Below, in pieces: positions 15,793-23,118 of a stretch of 24,057 bases of DNA (positions are counted from its first letter, which is position 1; every line of letters starts with the position of its first letter). A model generated the notes under the pieces. It searched no databases. It saw only the letters and a list, made by a program, of their open reading frames with translations, and was not told where the DNA came from. This DNA is from a virus. Taxonomy: Duplodnaviria > Caudoviricetes. The stretch spans positions 1 through 24,057 of the IMG/VR virus record IMGVR_UViG_3300032731_000305; one strand, written 5' to 3'. The translations under genes were made by a program, and so were the position numbers.

Positions 15793-16002
15793 ATGCTATG
15801 TGAAATGTGTTTTAGACCCATTGAAAGTAGCGTATGTTTACAGATGTATATTTGCCAAGAGTGTTCAGACTGGTTAGAAGAGAAAGCAAATAGGGTTAGA
15901 GAGGAGGCAGAAGATGACCAAAATCACAGTAGATACTTGGGGAGAAAAGTTTGCCATAACGATAGACAAGACACAAGAAGATATTTGTTGGGTGGAGATT
16001 GA
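15793..16002 (+). CDS. CxxC-CxxC hypothetical protein
   Basis: GGGGGTG RBS; CEMC...CQEC. Confidence 0.6.
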   Translation: MLCEMCFRPIESSVCLQMYICQECSDWLEEKANRVREEAEDDQNHSRYLGRKVCHNDRQDTRRYLLGGD

Positions 16003-16084
16003 TTGCGGGGATAAATTATATCAAGGCTTTATAGCTTCAAAGGAGAGAATAGATATTCCCAAAGGCGAGTCATATAATATTTAA
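15914..16084 (+). CDS. Hypothetical protein, 56 aa
   Basis: GAGGAGG RBS; MTKITVDTWGEKFAITIDK...; overlaps the previous ORF and converges on the glycosyltransferase 3' end. Confidence 0.5.
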   Translation: MTKITVDTWGEKFAITIDKTQEDICWVEIDCGDKLYQGFIASKERIDIPKGESYNI

Positions 16085-16973
16085 TTCCTGTTGAGGTGTA
16101 AACATAAGGAAAGAGTTCTGTATCAGTTAGGACTCTTTCTTTTTGTATTTTATTTCGCTTTTTAAGGATATGTGGCAGGTTAACTATATTATACCAAAGC
16201 CCTTGAAATATCCAAAACGCCTTTTTAGGCGACTTAAACAGAAATAAGACGCCTGTAAATGCCCATAGGCAAAAGTTAATGAGTGCGATAGGCATATACC
16301 ATAGCCCTAAATTCTTGATTAACATAGTAATATAGTTTTTACAGCCGTGATAGTAAATGTATTCGGGATTATAATAAGACTTGTCTTTGCTTTCGGCGCA
16401 GTGAATAGCAGTGGCAAAAGGTAGTTGCATTACTTTATAACCTGCTAACCACACACGCCAAGACAGGTCTGTTTCTTCTCCATAGATAACAAAGTCCTCA
16501 TCAAAGCCACCTATATCATCAAAGAGTTTCTTTCTAATCATACAGCAAGCACCCTTACCACTTAATATGGGTGTGGGGTAGGCGGGACGCTTTGTGTTCT
16601 CAATCAAGAAACCAGTCCAGTTTAAATATACTCCGATAGAATCTAATGTTTCATCTGTGCGAAAAAGAGTGGCAAATACCATACCTACGTCATTGTGCCA
16701 GTCTAAATACCTCTGCATATTTTTTATACAAAGAATACAAAGAGTTACATCATCATCTAAAAAGCAGATATAATCGCCCATAGACAACTTAACGCCCTTG
16801 TTTCTCTTGTGGGTGGGTTCGTTTAATGGAGTATATACAGACCTTACATTAGGGAAGATGGTGGGTGTAGAGGAACAGACAATCTTTTCTACTCTTTCAT
16901 CTCTGAGTGAATGTAGGCAATCATAAATAAGCCTGCCTGTATGGTGGGGGATAACAACAGAAACATAACTCAT
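16029..16973 (-). CDS. Family 2 glycosyltransferase (WbbL/rhamnosyltransferase-like GT-A)
   Basis: VSVVIP, FLDDD (DxD), GACCMIR...IGGFDEDF..YGEETDLSWR...G motifs; hydrophobic C-terminal helix. Confidence 0.92.
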   Translation of the reverse strand: MSYVSVVIPHHTGRLIYDCLHSLRDERVEKIVCSSTPTIFPNVRSVYTPLNEPTHKRNKGVKLSMGDYICFLDDDVTLCILCIKNMQRYLDWHNDVGMVFATLFRTDETLDSIGVYLNWTGFLIENTKRPAYPTPILSGKGACCMIRKKLFDDIGGFDEDFVIYGEETDLSWRVWLAGYKVMQLPFATAIHCAESKDKSYYNPEYIYYHGCKNYITMLIKNLGLWYMPIALINFCLWAFTGVLFLFKSPKKAFWIFQGLWYNIVNLPHILKKRNKIQKERVLTDTELFPYVYTSTGIKYYMTRLWEYLFSPLKL

Positions 16974-17218
16974 TCTATCTCCTCTATAATTTCTTGTAGG
17001 ACATCATTCTTATAGGCATTAACATCTATATTTTCATATTCAACATTACAATCAATTAACTTCTTCTCTTCTACGTCCTCCCTAAATGCCTTGAGTATGT
17101 CGGTGGTAGCTTGGTCTACTGTATAATCTTCTAGATAATCATAATTTGACTCAGCTTCAACCATAATAGATTCTCTTAACTTTTGTGCTATCTCCTCAAT
17201 CCGTTCTTTTAGATTCAT
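16970..17218 (-). CDS. Small phage protein, MxLKERIE paralogue family
   Basis: Start reassigned to ATG 17218 (ATGA overlap, AAAGGGG RBS); MNLKERIEEIA...DQATTDILKAF. Confidence 0.75.
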   Translation of the reverse strand: MNLKERIEEIAQKLRESIMVEAESNYDYLEDYTVDQATTDILKAFREDVEEKKLIDCNVEYENIDVNAYKNDVLQEIIEEIE

Positions 17219-17904
17219 CTTTTCCCCTTTCTGTGTTGGGCTATGGCGTGGGAACATTTATTTACACATTGTTTTATTGTGTTTTTTAAAACTAACTGAG
17301 TAATACCATGTTCGCTTAAGCTATATTCAAATATAGAAGCACAAGCCTGTGTAATCGGTATCCTAATTTCTTTTGCCATCTTCCCTTCATCCACCTCAAT
17401 TTTAGATTTCTTAACCCATTCTTCACCATTAATGAATAGCTCTGTAATATTGTTATTCAAGGTTTTGTAGGCAAGATGTTTACAAGGTAAAACTCTGGTA
17501 TCTGATTTTTTGGTGCAGTCTTTCTCAAACTTATCCAACTCATCACATTTATCAGCCAGTATTGCATTGTTAATTCTTTGTTGCTCTATTAGGATTTCTT
17601 TCTTGATGTAGCCAGCAGAGATTTGTTTGGCAAGTTCTTTAGCATATTTAGTATTCTTCCCTGCTTGTCTTGCTGATTGATTCTCCAATACAAAAGTTCC
17701 TATTAACTCCTCCAACCCTTTATCCTCTGTAGGTTTGATGTAGCCCTCTTCTTCTATCGCCTTGAGAATATCAGTGATTAGTTCTGGTATTTTTTGCTTA
17801 CATATTACTTGCCTATGAGATTCATTGGGTTCATTGTCGTGTGCAAAGGTAACTGTGTGTAAATAATTCCAAGCTATCTCCTCAATCCGTTCTTTTAGGG
17901 TCAT
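17215..17904 (-). CDS. Multi-module protein, MxLKERIE paralogue family
   Basis: MTLKERIEEIA...ITDILKAI, followed by further modules ending GYIK/GYIK/WVKK. Confidence 0.7.
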   Translation of the reverse strand: MTLKERIEEIAWNYLHTVTFAHDNEPNESHRQVICKQKIPELITDILKAIEEEGYIKPTEDKGLEELIGTFVLENQSARQAGKNTKYAKELAKQISAGYIKKEILIEQQRINNAILADKCDELDKFEKDCTKKSDTRVLPCKHLAYKTLNNNITELFINGEEWVKKSKIEVDEGKMAKEIRIPITQACASIFEYSLSEHGITQLVLKNTIKQCVNKCSHAIAQHRKGKR

Positions 17905-18077
17905 CTTGGGTCTCCTTTAAATAATTTATTGATTGCTACCGCAATATCATACATTTTATCTATAGCTAACCTACAACAACCACAAATAATACAGGGCGAC
18001 AATAAAGAAGAAGAACCCAATCCCATTTCACCTGTTTTTATTTTTATATAACGACAACCTTCACAAGTTTTCTTCAT
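17901..18077 (-). CDS. Small Cys-rich protein
   Basis: Start reassigned to ATG 18077 with a GGAGG RBS; CEGC...CIICGCC. Confidence 0.6.
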   Translation of the reverse strand: MKKTCEGCRYIKIKTGEMGLGSSSLLSPCIICGCCRLAIDKMYDIAVAINKLFKGDPR

Positions 18078-18099
18078 CTCTCCTCCATTATATTTTTGG

Positions 18100-18208
18100 T
18101 GGTGGAGATGTCGTTTGTTGTTCCAGCCGTTCAACAAATCTTAAGATTATAGTCCTTTCCGCCTATGCACTTTGAATACGTCTGGCGAATACACTCGGCG
18201 ACATCCCC
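18100..18208 (-). ncRNA. Putative 109-nt tRNA-like RNA with an alanine-type acceptor stem and encoded CCA
   Basis: 5' GGGGATGTCG pairs with 3' CGACATCTCC-ACCA (10 bp, G3:U wobble, A discriminator); internal stems TTCGCC/GGCGGA and TTTGTTG/CAACAAA; fills the only intergenic gap in the local gene run. Confidence 0.6.
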
Positions 18209-18214
18209 TGATTA

Positions 18215-18664
18215 TCAATTTGACTCCTTGATGTTCTTCTTGGATAGGTTGTGGCATTGGTTGAATTTATAATTATAAACTTTATTATATTCTTCTTCGC
18301 TTAAAGATTTGTTACAAGTATAACAAAATTCATCTTGAATATAGTGGGTTTGATGTTCTCCACAATCTTTCTTCTCCACCAATTTACTTATAGCCCAGTC
18401 TTTGATTTGTTGGATAGCTTGGTCAAGTGATAATTGTTCAATAGTTTTACATTGTTTATATATTAATTCTTCTAATATATCATCTAATCTCAACTCTTTC
18501 TCGGGTTTCATCTTACTCCCTTCTTCCTCATCTTCGTTCAATTCTTTAAGTGCAGATTGTATTTGTTCTTTGACTATTTGAAGAAGTGGTAATCCAATTC
18601 TTTTAATATTATGACAATTTATCTCTGCATTTTCTAAATATTCTATTGCTTTTATTATGTTCAT
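18215..18664 (-). CDS. In-frame fusion: 51-aa helical ORF plus MKPEKELR-family protein (internal start 18511)
   Basis: ATG 18664 (ATGA overlap, GGAGG RBS) reads without a stop into MKPEKELR at 18511, which has its own GGGAG RBS; the insert has C..H....C..C. Confidence 0.65.
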   Translation of the reverse strand: MNIIKAIEYLENAEINCHNIKRIGLPLLQIVKEQIQSALKELNEDEEEGSKMKPEKELRLDDILEELIYKQCKTIEQLSLDQAIQQIKDWAISKLVEKKDCGEHQTHYIQDEFCYTCNKSLSEEEYNKVYNYKFNQCHNLSKKNIKESN

Positions 18665-18942
18665 CTCTCCTCCTTGATGTTCTTGCTGGATAGATAGTGG
18701 CATTGTCTATGACCATATTTTATAAAATCATTATCTCTTTTATTCCAATCAGCTGGCAAACTAGAAACATCTATAAAATTACCCTTCTTCTCCAACTTAC
18801 TCACAGCCCAGTCTTTGATTTCTGTAATAAGTTGGTTTAATTCTCTTTTATAATGATTATGATTTTTAGTATCTTTATAAGTCCAATCAACAAGACGACC
18901 TCTTGTTTCTATTATCTCTCTCAACTCTTTCTCGGGTTTCAT
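18661..18942 (-). CDS. Small phage protein, MKPEKELR paralogue
   Basis: Shares MKPEKELR, IKDWA.SKL and QCH.LS.KNIKE with 18215-18511. Confidence 0.75.
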   Translation of the reverse strand: MKPEKELREIIETRGRLVDWTYKDTKNHNHYKRELNQLITEIKDWAVSKLEKKGNFIDVSSLPADWNKRDNDFIKYGHRQCHYLSSKNIKEER

Positions 18943-19154
18943 CTTACTCCTTTCAAATGCTCAACACACTCCAAAGCGCACTTAATAGTATCACAAGTAT
19001 CTAATATAACTATTGGAATACTAGCTATATAATGGAAGTAGTCATATTCCTTTGATAACTTCCTTAACATCTTCTTATCCCCTATTGCTAATATATCATA
19101 GTCATTATACTTTGTAGGATGTATTACATAGAATATTCTAGGCTTCTTCATCAT
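18939..19154 (-). CDS. Hypothetical protein
   Basis: 71-aa ORF overlapping both neighbours in the operon. Confidence 0.6.
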   Translation of the reverse strand: MMKKPRIFYVIHPTKYNDYDILAIGDKKMLRKLSKEYDYFHYIASIPIVILDTCDTIKCALECVEHLKGVR

Positions 19155-19323
19155 ATTTGTCCCTCATAATATTCTCTATAGATTTTGGAGTAAATGTCAA
19201 CCATATCATTATAGTTTTAAATGTCTCAGCCCAGTCCCAAATATCACTATCATAATGTAATTGTTGAGACATCTTTGTTCCGTCGCTATTCTCTACTGTA
19301 ATAGTTATAAACTTATTTTCCAT
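19138..19323 (-). CDS. Hypothetical protein
   Basis: 61 aa, GAGGG RBS, W...F...M..LTF pattern common in small phage proteins. Confidence 0.6.
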   Translation of the reverse strand: MENKFITITVENSDGTKMSQQLHYDSDIWDWAETFKTIMIWLTFTPKSIENIMRDKYDEEA

Positions 19324-19330
19324 TTATCCC

Positions 19331-19687
19331 TCACTTTTCTATCTCCTTGAGTTTCTCCTCTATTGCTTGTTTGATAATCTTGCTACACCCACCCACCCCA
19401 CACTCTTCTATGGGCAAGTTATCTCTTTTTTGCCTCATTATAACAGCAGGACAGGGGTCGTTATCATCAAGTATCTGTAATAGGTATTTAACATCTATAT
19501 TGCACTCTAATAAAAAGGTCAATAACCTGCCTATTAACTGAAGATTATATGTGCAACCACCTTTCTTAGTGATAAGCATTATTTCGCTTATCTCAGCATC
19601 ATCTACATTAACCTGAACCCTTAACTTACCAGAACAATTATACTTCTCAAATCTCTTTATTCTTCTCTTGGGTCCTTCTTTTGTCAT
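19331..19687 (-). CDS. Stand-alone TSCPD-domain protein (class II RNR NrdJ C-terminal-like)
   Basis: C.GKL.V.VN....EI...K.GGC.....IGRL.T..L....V......L....CP...GCS..I..AI pattern. Confidence 0.65.
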   Translation of the reverse strand: MTKEGPKRRIKRFEKYNCSGKLRVQVNVDDAEISEIMLITKKGGCTYNLQLIGRLLTFLLECNIDVKYLLQILDDNDPCPAVIMRQKRDNLPIEECGVGGCSKIIKQAIEEKLKEIEK

Positions 19688-19808
19688 CTTTTATCCTCAT
19701 TCGTTGTTCTTCATCAATACATATACAACACCACCTTGAAGTGCCGTGTTTATATACGTGTCTTGTTTCTTTACAAAGGTCGCAATCTCTTATTGTGTAA
19801 TCTTCCAT
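19647..19808 (-). CDS. Small CxxC-CxxC protein, 53 aa
   Basis: AAGGAG RBS; hand translation MEDYTIRDCDLCKETRH...WCCICIDEEQR... Confidence 0.6.
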   Translation of the reverse strand: MEDYTIRDCDLCKETRHVYKHGTSRWCCICIDEEQRMRIKDDKRRTQEKNKEI

Positions 19809-20181
19809 ACAACTCCTTCTGTATTTCTTCTAATTCCAATATTGTCCATTTTTTAACCCTTCGAGATTCTTCTACTAATACCCCAACTCGATTTAAACCA
19901 TATTTTTTAATAAGATTAAGTGTGTATATAGCCAAATTCCCGTGGCGAAACTTGTTACAACTAACACATTGACAATTTATATTCATTTCATTAAAGTCTA
20001 AACGCTTGTGTATATAGTGTCCTGCGTGTTGTTCTTTCCAGGGCTTTCTATCGCCACAGGTAAAACACACACCCTTATCTCTACGCCTGACATACTCACT
20101 CATTAATTTCCATACTTTTTTGTGTAGGGTTTTAGTGCTTTTGTGTTTTATTCTTGGTTTTCTTTTTGAAGATTTTTTCAT
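19771..20181 (-). CDS. ninG: NinG/Rap-like recombination endonuclease
   Basis: S.YVR.RD...CFTCG...HAGHY...F.E.N...QC..CN....GN...Y...L..KYG is the lambda NinG signature; the start may be 20181 or 20193. Confidence 0.88.
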   Translation of the reverse strand: MKKSSKRKPRIKHKSTKTLHKKVWKLMSEYVRRRDKGVCFTCGDRKPWKEQHAGHYIHKRLDFNEMNINCQCVSCNKFRHGNLAIYTLNLIKKYGLNRVGVLVEESRRVKKWTILELEEIQKELYGRLHNKRLRPL

Positions 20182-20236
20182 AGTTTTTGTCAAATCTTTC
20201 TTTATTTACCTTTCTGTATCTTGAACCCTTACTCAT
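20132..20236 (-). CDS. Small basic protein, 34 aa (MSKGSRYR..KERFDKNYEKIF)
   Basis: Hand translation; bridges the methyltransferase stop and NinG start; the motif resembles a common tiny phage family. Confidence 0.5.
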   Translation of the reverse strand: MSKGSRYRKVNKERFDKNYEKIFKKKTKNKTQKH

Positions 20237-20906
20237 AGGGTTCATATCGTGAAGTTTTTTGAAGTTTATACCACCACACCCAATCCCCCTTACGTTTAAT
20301 GTCTACTATTTTATAACCAAAAGCACTACACAGACTTTCTATCTCTCCCCAATGATAACTTCTAACTATGTGGTCTTCTGTTGATACTAACTTATTGTTT
20401 TTATGTATGGTAATTTTAAACCTTAAATAAGGGGCATAATCAACGGCGAGGGGAGTTACGGTTCTTCTTATATCTCCAAAGGTTGTTTCTTTAATGGTGG
20501 GGGGCTGAATTAGTGTTGTTCCACAATCCCAACAATCAAATATAAAATATCCGTCCTCTTTTAAGGGCAACTTATCCATATAATAGATAAGGTCAGCATA
20601 ACCCACTACATTAAACATAGCAAAGACAGCATCTACTTTGGGTAATTCAGAATAATCAAATGTTCTTATATCACCTATAAGGAAGGTAGGAGAAAAGGGT
20701 TTTACTTCGCTAATCATATCAAGAGATTTTTCAATAATGGTAACCTTGGATTTATTCCAATACTGGGCGTGTCTACCTGTTCCACCACCCAGTTCCAAAA
20801 TGGAACGAGGTTGATTAGCCCACTTATAAACCATATCTGCTTCTTTTTTATAGTTTTTATTTTTATAAATTTTGTTATAAAACTGAGCATATTTTCCGAA
20901 GTTCAT
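20229..20906 (-). CDS. Class I SAM-dependent methyltransferase (sugar methyltransferase-like)
   Basis: YA..Y..IY..K.Y..EA N-terminus, ILELGGGTGRHA motif I, GDIR, D.V..MF.V.GY, G.FIFD.W. Confidence 0.87.
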   Translation of the reverse strand: MNFGKYAQFYNKIYKNKNYKKEADMVYKWANQPRSILELGGGTGRHAQYWNKSKVTIIEKSLDMISEVKPFSPTFLIGDIRTFDYSELPKVDAVFAMFNVVGYADLIYYMDKLPLKEDGYFIFDCWDCGTTLIQPPTIKETTFGDIRRTVTPLAVDYAPYLRFKITIHKNNKLVSTEDHIVRSYHWGEIESLCSAFGYKIVDIKRKGDWVWWYKLQKTSRYEPYE

Positions 20907-21148
20907 AAATAAGCCTTTCTAATTATCTTTTTTTGTAAGAGTTTCTCTTTCCAGATAGGAGATATGTTCCCTGTATTTCTCCAGCGAGATATAGTCATTG
21001 GGGAAGTGTGGAGTTTGTCTGCTAAACCCTTTATAGTTCTCCTAATGGGACGGATAAAACCTCTTTCATCTATTTTATAACCTTCCCAACGAGCCAAATA
21101 GTTGTTGAGCTCGGCTTTCCAGCGTATACTTTCTATTCTTTTATTCAT
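20903..21148 (-). CDS. HTH DNA-binding protein (Cro/XRE-like)
   Basis: TIKGLADKLHTSPMTISRWRNTG helix-turn-helix. Confidence 0.7.
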   Translation of the reverse strand: MNKRIESIRWKAELNNYLARWEGYKIDERGFIRPIRRTIKGLADKLHTSPMTISRWRNTGNISPIWKEKLLQKKIIRKAYL

Positions 21149-21479
21149 TAAACATTGGCAAGGTAGGAGAGTTTGTATTCTTCTCTATTTGTTTTAGGGT
21201 TTCCAGTATATTACTAAGTAATATCTGTGTCCCTGTGTTTACAGGTGTTGGTTTAAGTTGGTGTGCAGGTTGTCTGGGGGTGGGTTTCCAAAATCCTGCT
21301 CCACATTCCCATTTACCATCTGTTCCTTTTGTCTTATTGGAACACTTATAATCGGGGTGTTTTGGTTCTTTTTTAAATGGATTGACTTCTGTAGGTTGCC
21401 CACAAATAGGACAAAGTGTTTCGTCGGGTATAAAATCCATCTCTTTTATTTTACCTTCTACATAATAATTTACTCTCAT
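21141..21479 (-). CDS. Zinc-ribbon protein (recombination module)
   Basis: CPICG......N..K..PK.PDYKC.......C..GFW motif. Confidence 0.65.
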   Translation of the reverse strand: MRVNYYVEGKIKEMDFIPDETLCPICGQPTEVNPFKKEPKHPDYKCSNKTKGTDGKWECGAGFWKPTPRQPAHQLKPTPVNTGTQILLSNILETLKQIEKNTNSPTLPMFNE

Positions 21480-21489
21480 ATTTTCCTCC

Positions 21490-21849
21490 TTATAGTCCTG
21501 TTCCTAAGTTTCTAATCTCTGTTTCTTTATATCTTAGTAGTGCCTTACAACCCTGGAACTCTCTCTCTTTTTGGTTCATTTCTTTTATCTTTAGTTCCAG
21601 TGTTGTTTTTACATCTATCAGTTTTAAACGGGTTGGTTCACACCTTTCTACTATCTTGTCATTAAGGGTGGTTACTGTGGATTTGGGGTCTATGGCTTGT
21701 TCCTTAAGGCGTTCTCTGGACACCATTAGGTTATACTGACCACTTATTATCTCAAGGTCTTTTCGTAAATAAATACCTTCTTCTTCTATTCTTCCTATCT
21801 CTGCTGGTAGTAATTCAATCTGTGTTTGTAGCGTGATTACATCAATCAT
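21490..21849 (-). CDS. Coiled-coil protein, possibly a UvsY-like recombination mediator
   Basis: Start reassigned to ATG 21849 (AAGGAG RBS); all-helical with a central K.TV..L...I turn; next to the nuclease gene. The function is inferred. Confidence 0.5.
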   Translation of the reverse strand: MIDVITLQTQIELLPAEIGRIEEEGIYLRKDLEIISGQYNLMVSRERLKEQAIDPKSTVTTLNDKIVERCEPTRLKLIDVKTTLELKIKEMNQKEREFQGCKALLRYKETEIRNLGTGL

Positions 21850-21985
21850 TTTCTCTCCTTTGTATATGTGCAAAACAATTGTGTCCATCATCTTTATAAA
21901 CATCAACCTTGCCACAAACAGGACATACTTGTATTACACTATTAAGTGGTTTTAAATCTTTTTTAGTCTTTGGTTTATTTGTCAT
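21842..21985 (-). CDS. Small zinc-finger protein, 47 aa
   Basis: GGAG RBS; hand translation MTNKPKTKK...VCPVCGKVD...GHNC. Confidence 0.6.
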   Translation of the reverse strand: MTNKPKTKKDLKPLNSVIQVCPVCGKVDVYKDDGHNCFAHIQRREND

Positions 21986-22002
21986 CTCCTACTCCCTCTT
22001 GG

Positions 22003-22785
22003 TTAAACGCCGAATTTATCCTTGAATGCTTTTCGCTTCTGCATAAACATAGAATAGTATTTATCTATATCATCACTTATCAATGGGTCTTGTTTAGATT
22101 TGGGGTTACAGGGTATAATCACTAACCTTTTTATGTCTGGTAGGCACTTACTATAAGCCGCTAACTGCATAAAGGCTTTGTCCTGACCACCCCTTAACAT
22201 ACTGCCACTCTTAAGGTCAAACACACACTTAACCCCACCATATAAGCCGTCAGCGTCATATGTCCCTGCATACCTATCAGTTAAGCTAAAGACTTCTTGT
22301 TCTGACTTACCAAAGATAAACTGCTCATCATATTTAATCCACTCCATTACATAATCATCTATATTTAGGTTATTAGCGATTAGCTGGTCTTTCTCTAATG
22401 AAGTTATGTCTACTTTTATATCTCCTGTTTTGATATATTTAGAAAAAGCCCTGTGTAAAATATCCCCTATCGTTCCAAAGACAGGATTACCCGTGTAGGG
22501 TTCGGGTGAAATTACGGTGGTAACAGAAGGTAGTTTAATTCCATCTTTCTCATAGAAGCGAAGATGTTTCATATCTTCAAGAAGTTTTACCAGTTTAATT
22601 TCTTTGACATTGTTGGCAAGGTGCTTATCAACCATTGCCTTCATCCTTATAAATTCTTGCCCTATATCAATAGTGCCCTCGGTTTCAATAACTAACTTTA
22701 GATTATACATTGGTCCTAAATTTTCATAGTTGCCTACATTGACAGTAGCTTTGTTCCCATAATTAAGTTCATAGGTCTTTTTCAT
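22003..22785 (-). CDS. PD-(D/E)XK exonuclease (phage recombination nuclease)
   Basis: PSVTTVI, G..LH, E......YAGTYD, DLKS, QLAAY motifs; start at ATG 22785 (ATGA overlap). Confidence 0.88.
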   Translation of the reverse strand: MKKTYELNYGNKATVNVGNYENLGPMYNLKLVIETEGTIDIGQEFIRMKAMVDKHLANNVKEIKLVKLLEDMKHLRFYEKDGIKLPSVTTVISPEPYTGNPVFGTIGDILHRAFSKYIKTGDIKVDITSLEKDQLIANNLNIDDYVMEWIKYDEQFIFGKSEQEVFSLTDRYAGTYDADGLYGGVKCVFDLKSGSMLRGGQDKAFMQLAAYSKCLPDIKRLVIIPCNPKSKQDPLISDDIDKYYSMFMQKRKAFKDKFGV

Positions 22786-22952
22786 TTTATCTTTCTTCCT
22801 TTCCATTCTTCTTTCTCATTGAGTATTTCGGTAACTTTAATGCTCCGGTAATCTGTTAAACTTTTTAGACTACCCAAAAAATCATTGACTAAACCTCTTT
22901 GGAAAATATTTTCTTCATCATATTCTACCTGAAACTTTAATATCTTTTCCAT
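22782..22952 (-). CDS. Hypothetical protein
   Basis: Start reassigned to ATG 22952 after an AAAGGGG RBS. Confidence 0.55.
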   Translation of the reverse strand: MEKILKFQVEYDEENIFQRGLVNDFLGSLKSLTDYRSIKVTEILNEKEEWKGRKIK

Positions 22953-23118
22953 CTTTTCCCCTTTCTGCTTCAAACAATTTTAAACCCAGGTTTATTCTAT
23001 CTAAAATGGGATAGCCCCAGTCAATAAAATCTTTATCTTCCACACAAGCCTTAATACACTCTTTTAAAAGTTCAAAGTTTTTTATCTTTGCTTTTATAAT
23101 ATTTCTCATATTCATCAA
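22918..23118 (-). CDS. Hypothetical protein
   Basis: 66-aa ORF overlapping both neighbours in the operon. Confidence 0.55.
   Translation of the reverse strand: MMNMRNIIKAKIKNFELLKECIKACVEDKDFIDWGYPILDRINLGLKLFEAERGKDGKDIKVSGRI

Noticed and set aside
18100-18208. Canonical tRNA-Ala, tRNA-Sec or tmRNA
   Set aside because: No T-loop or D-loop consensus, the AUUCAAA loop lacks a proper anticodon stem, and it is far too short for a tmRNA; kept only as a tRNA-like element.
18224-18705. 36-bp paralogous blocks as a DGR TR/VR pair
   Set aside because: The four differences are not confined to adenines, the blocks are short and no RT is visible.
22003-22785. cas4 gene
   Set aside because: It lacks the four-cysteine Fe-S motif and CRISPR context; it fits a phage PD-(D/E)XK exonuclease.
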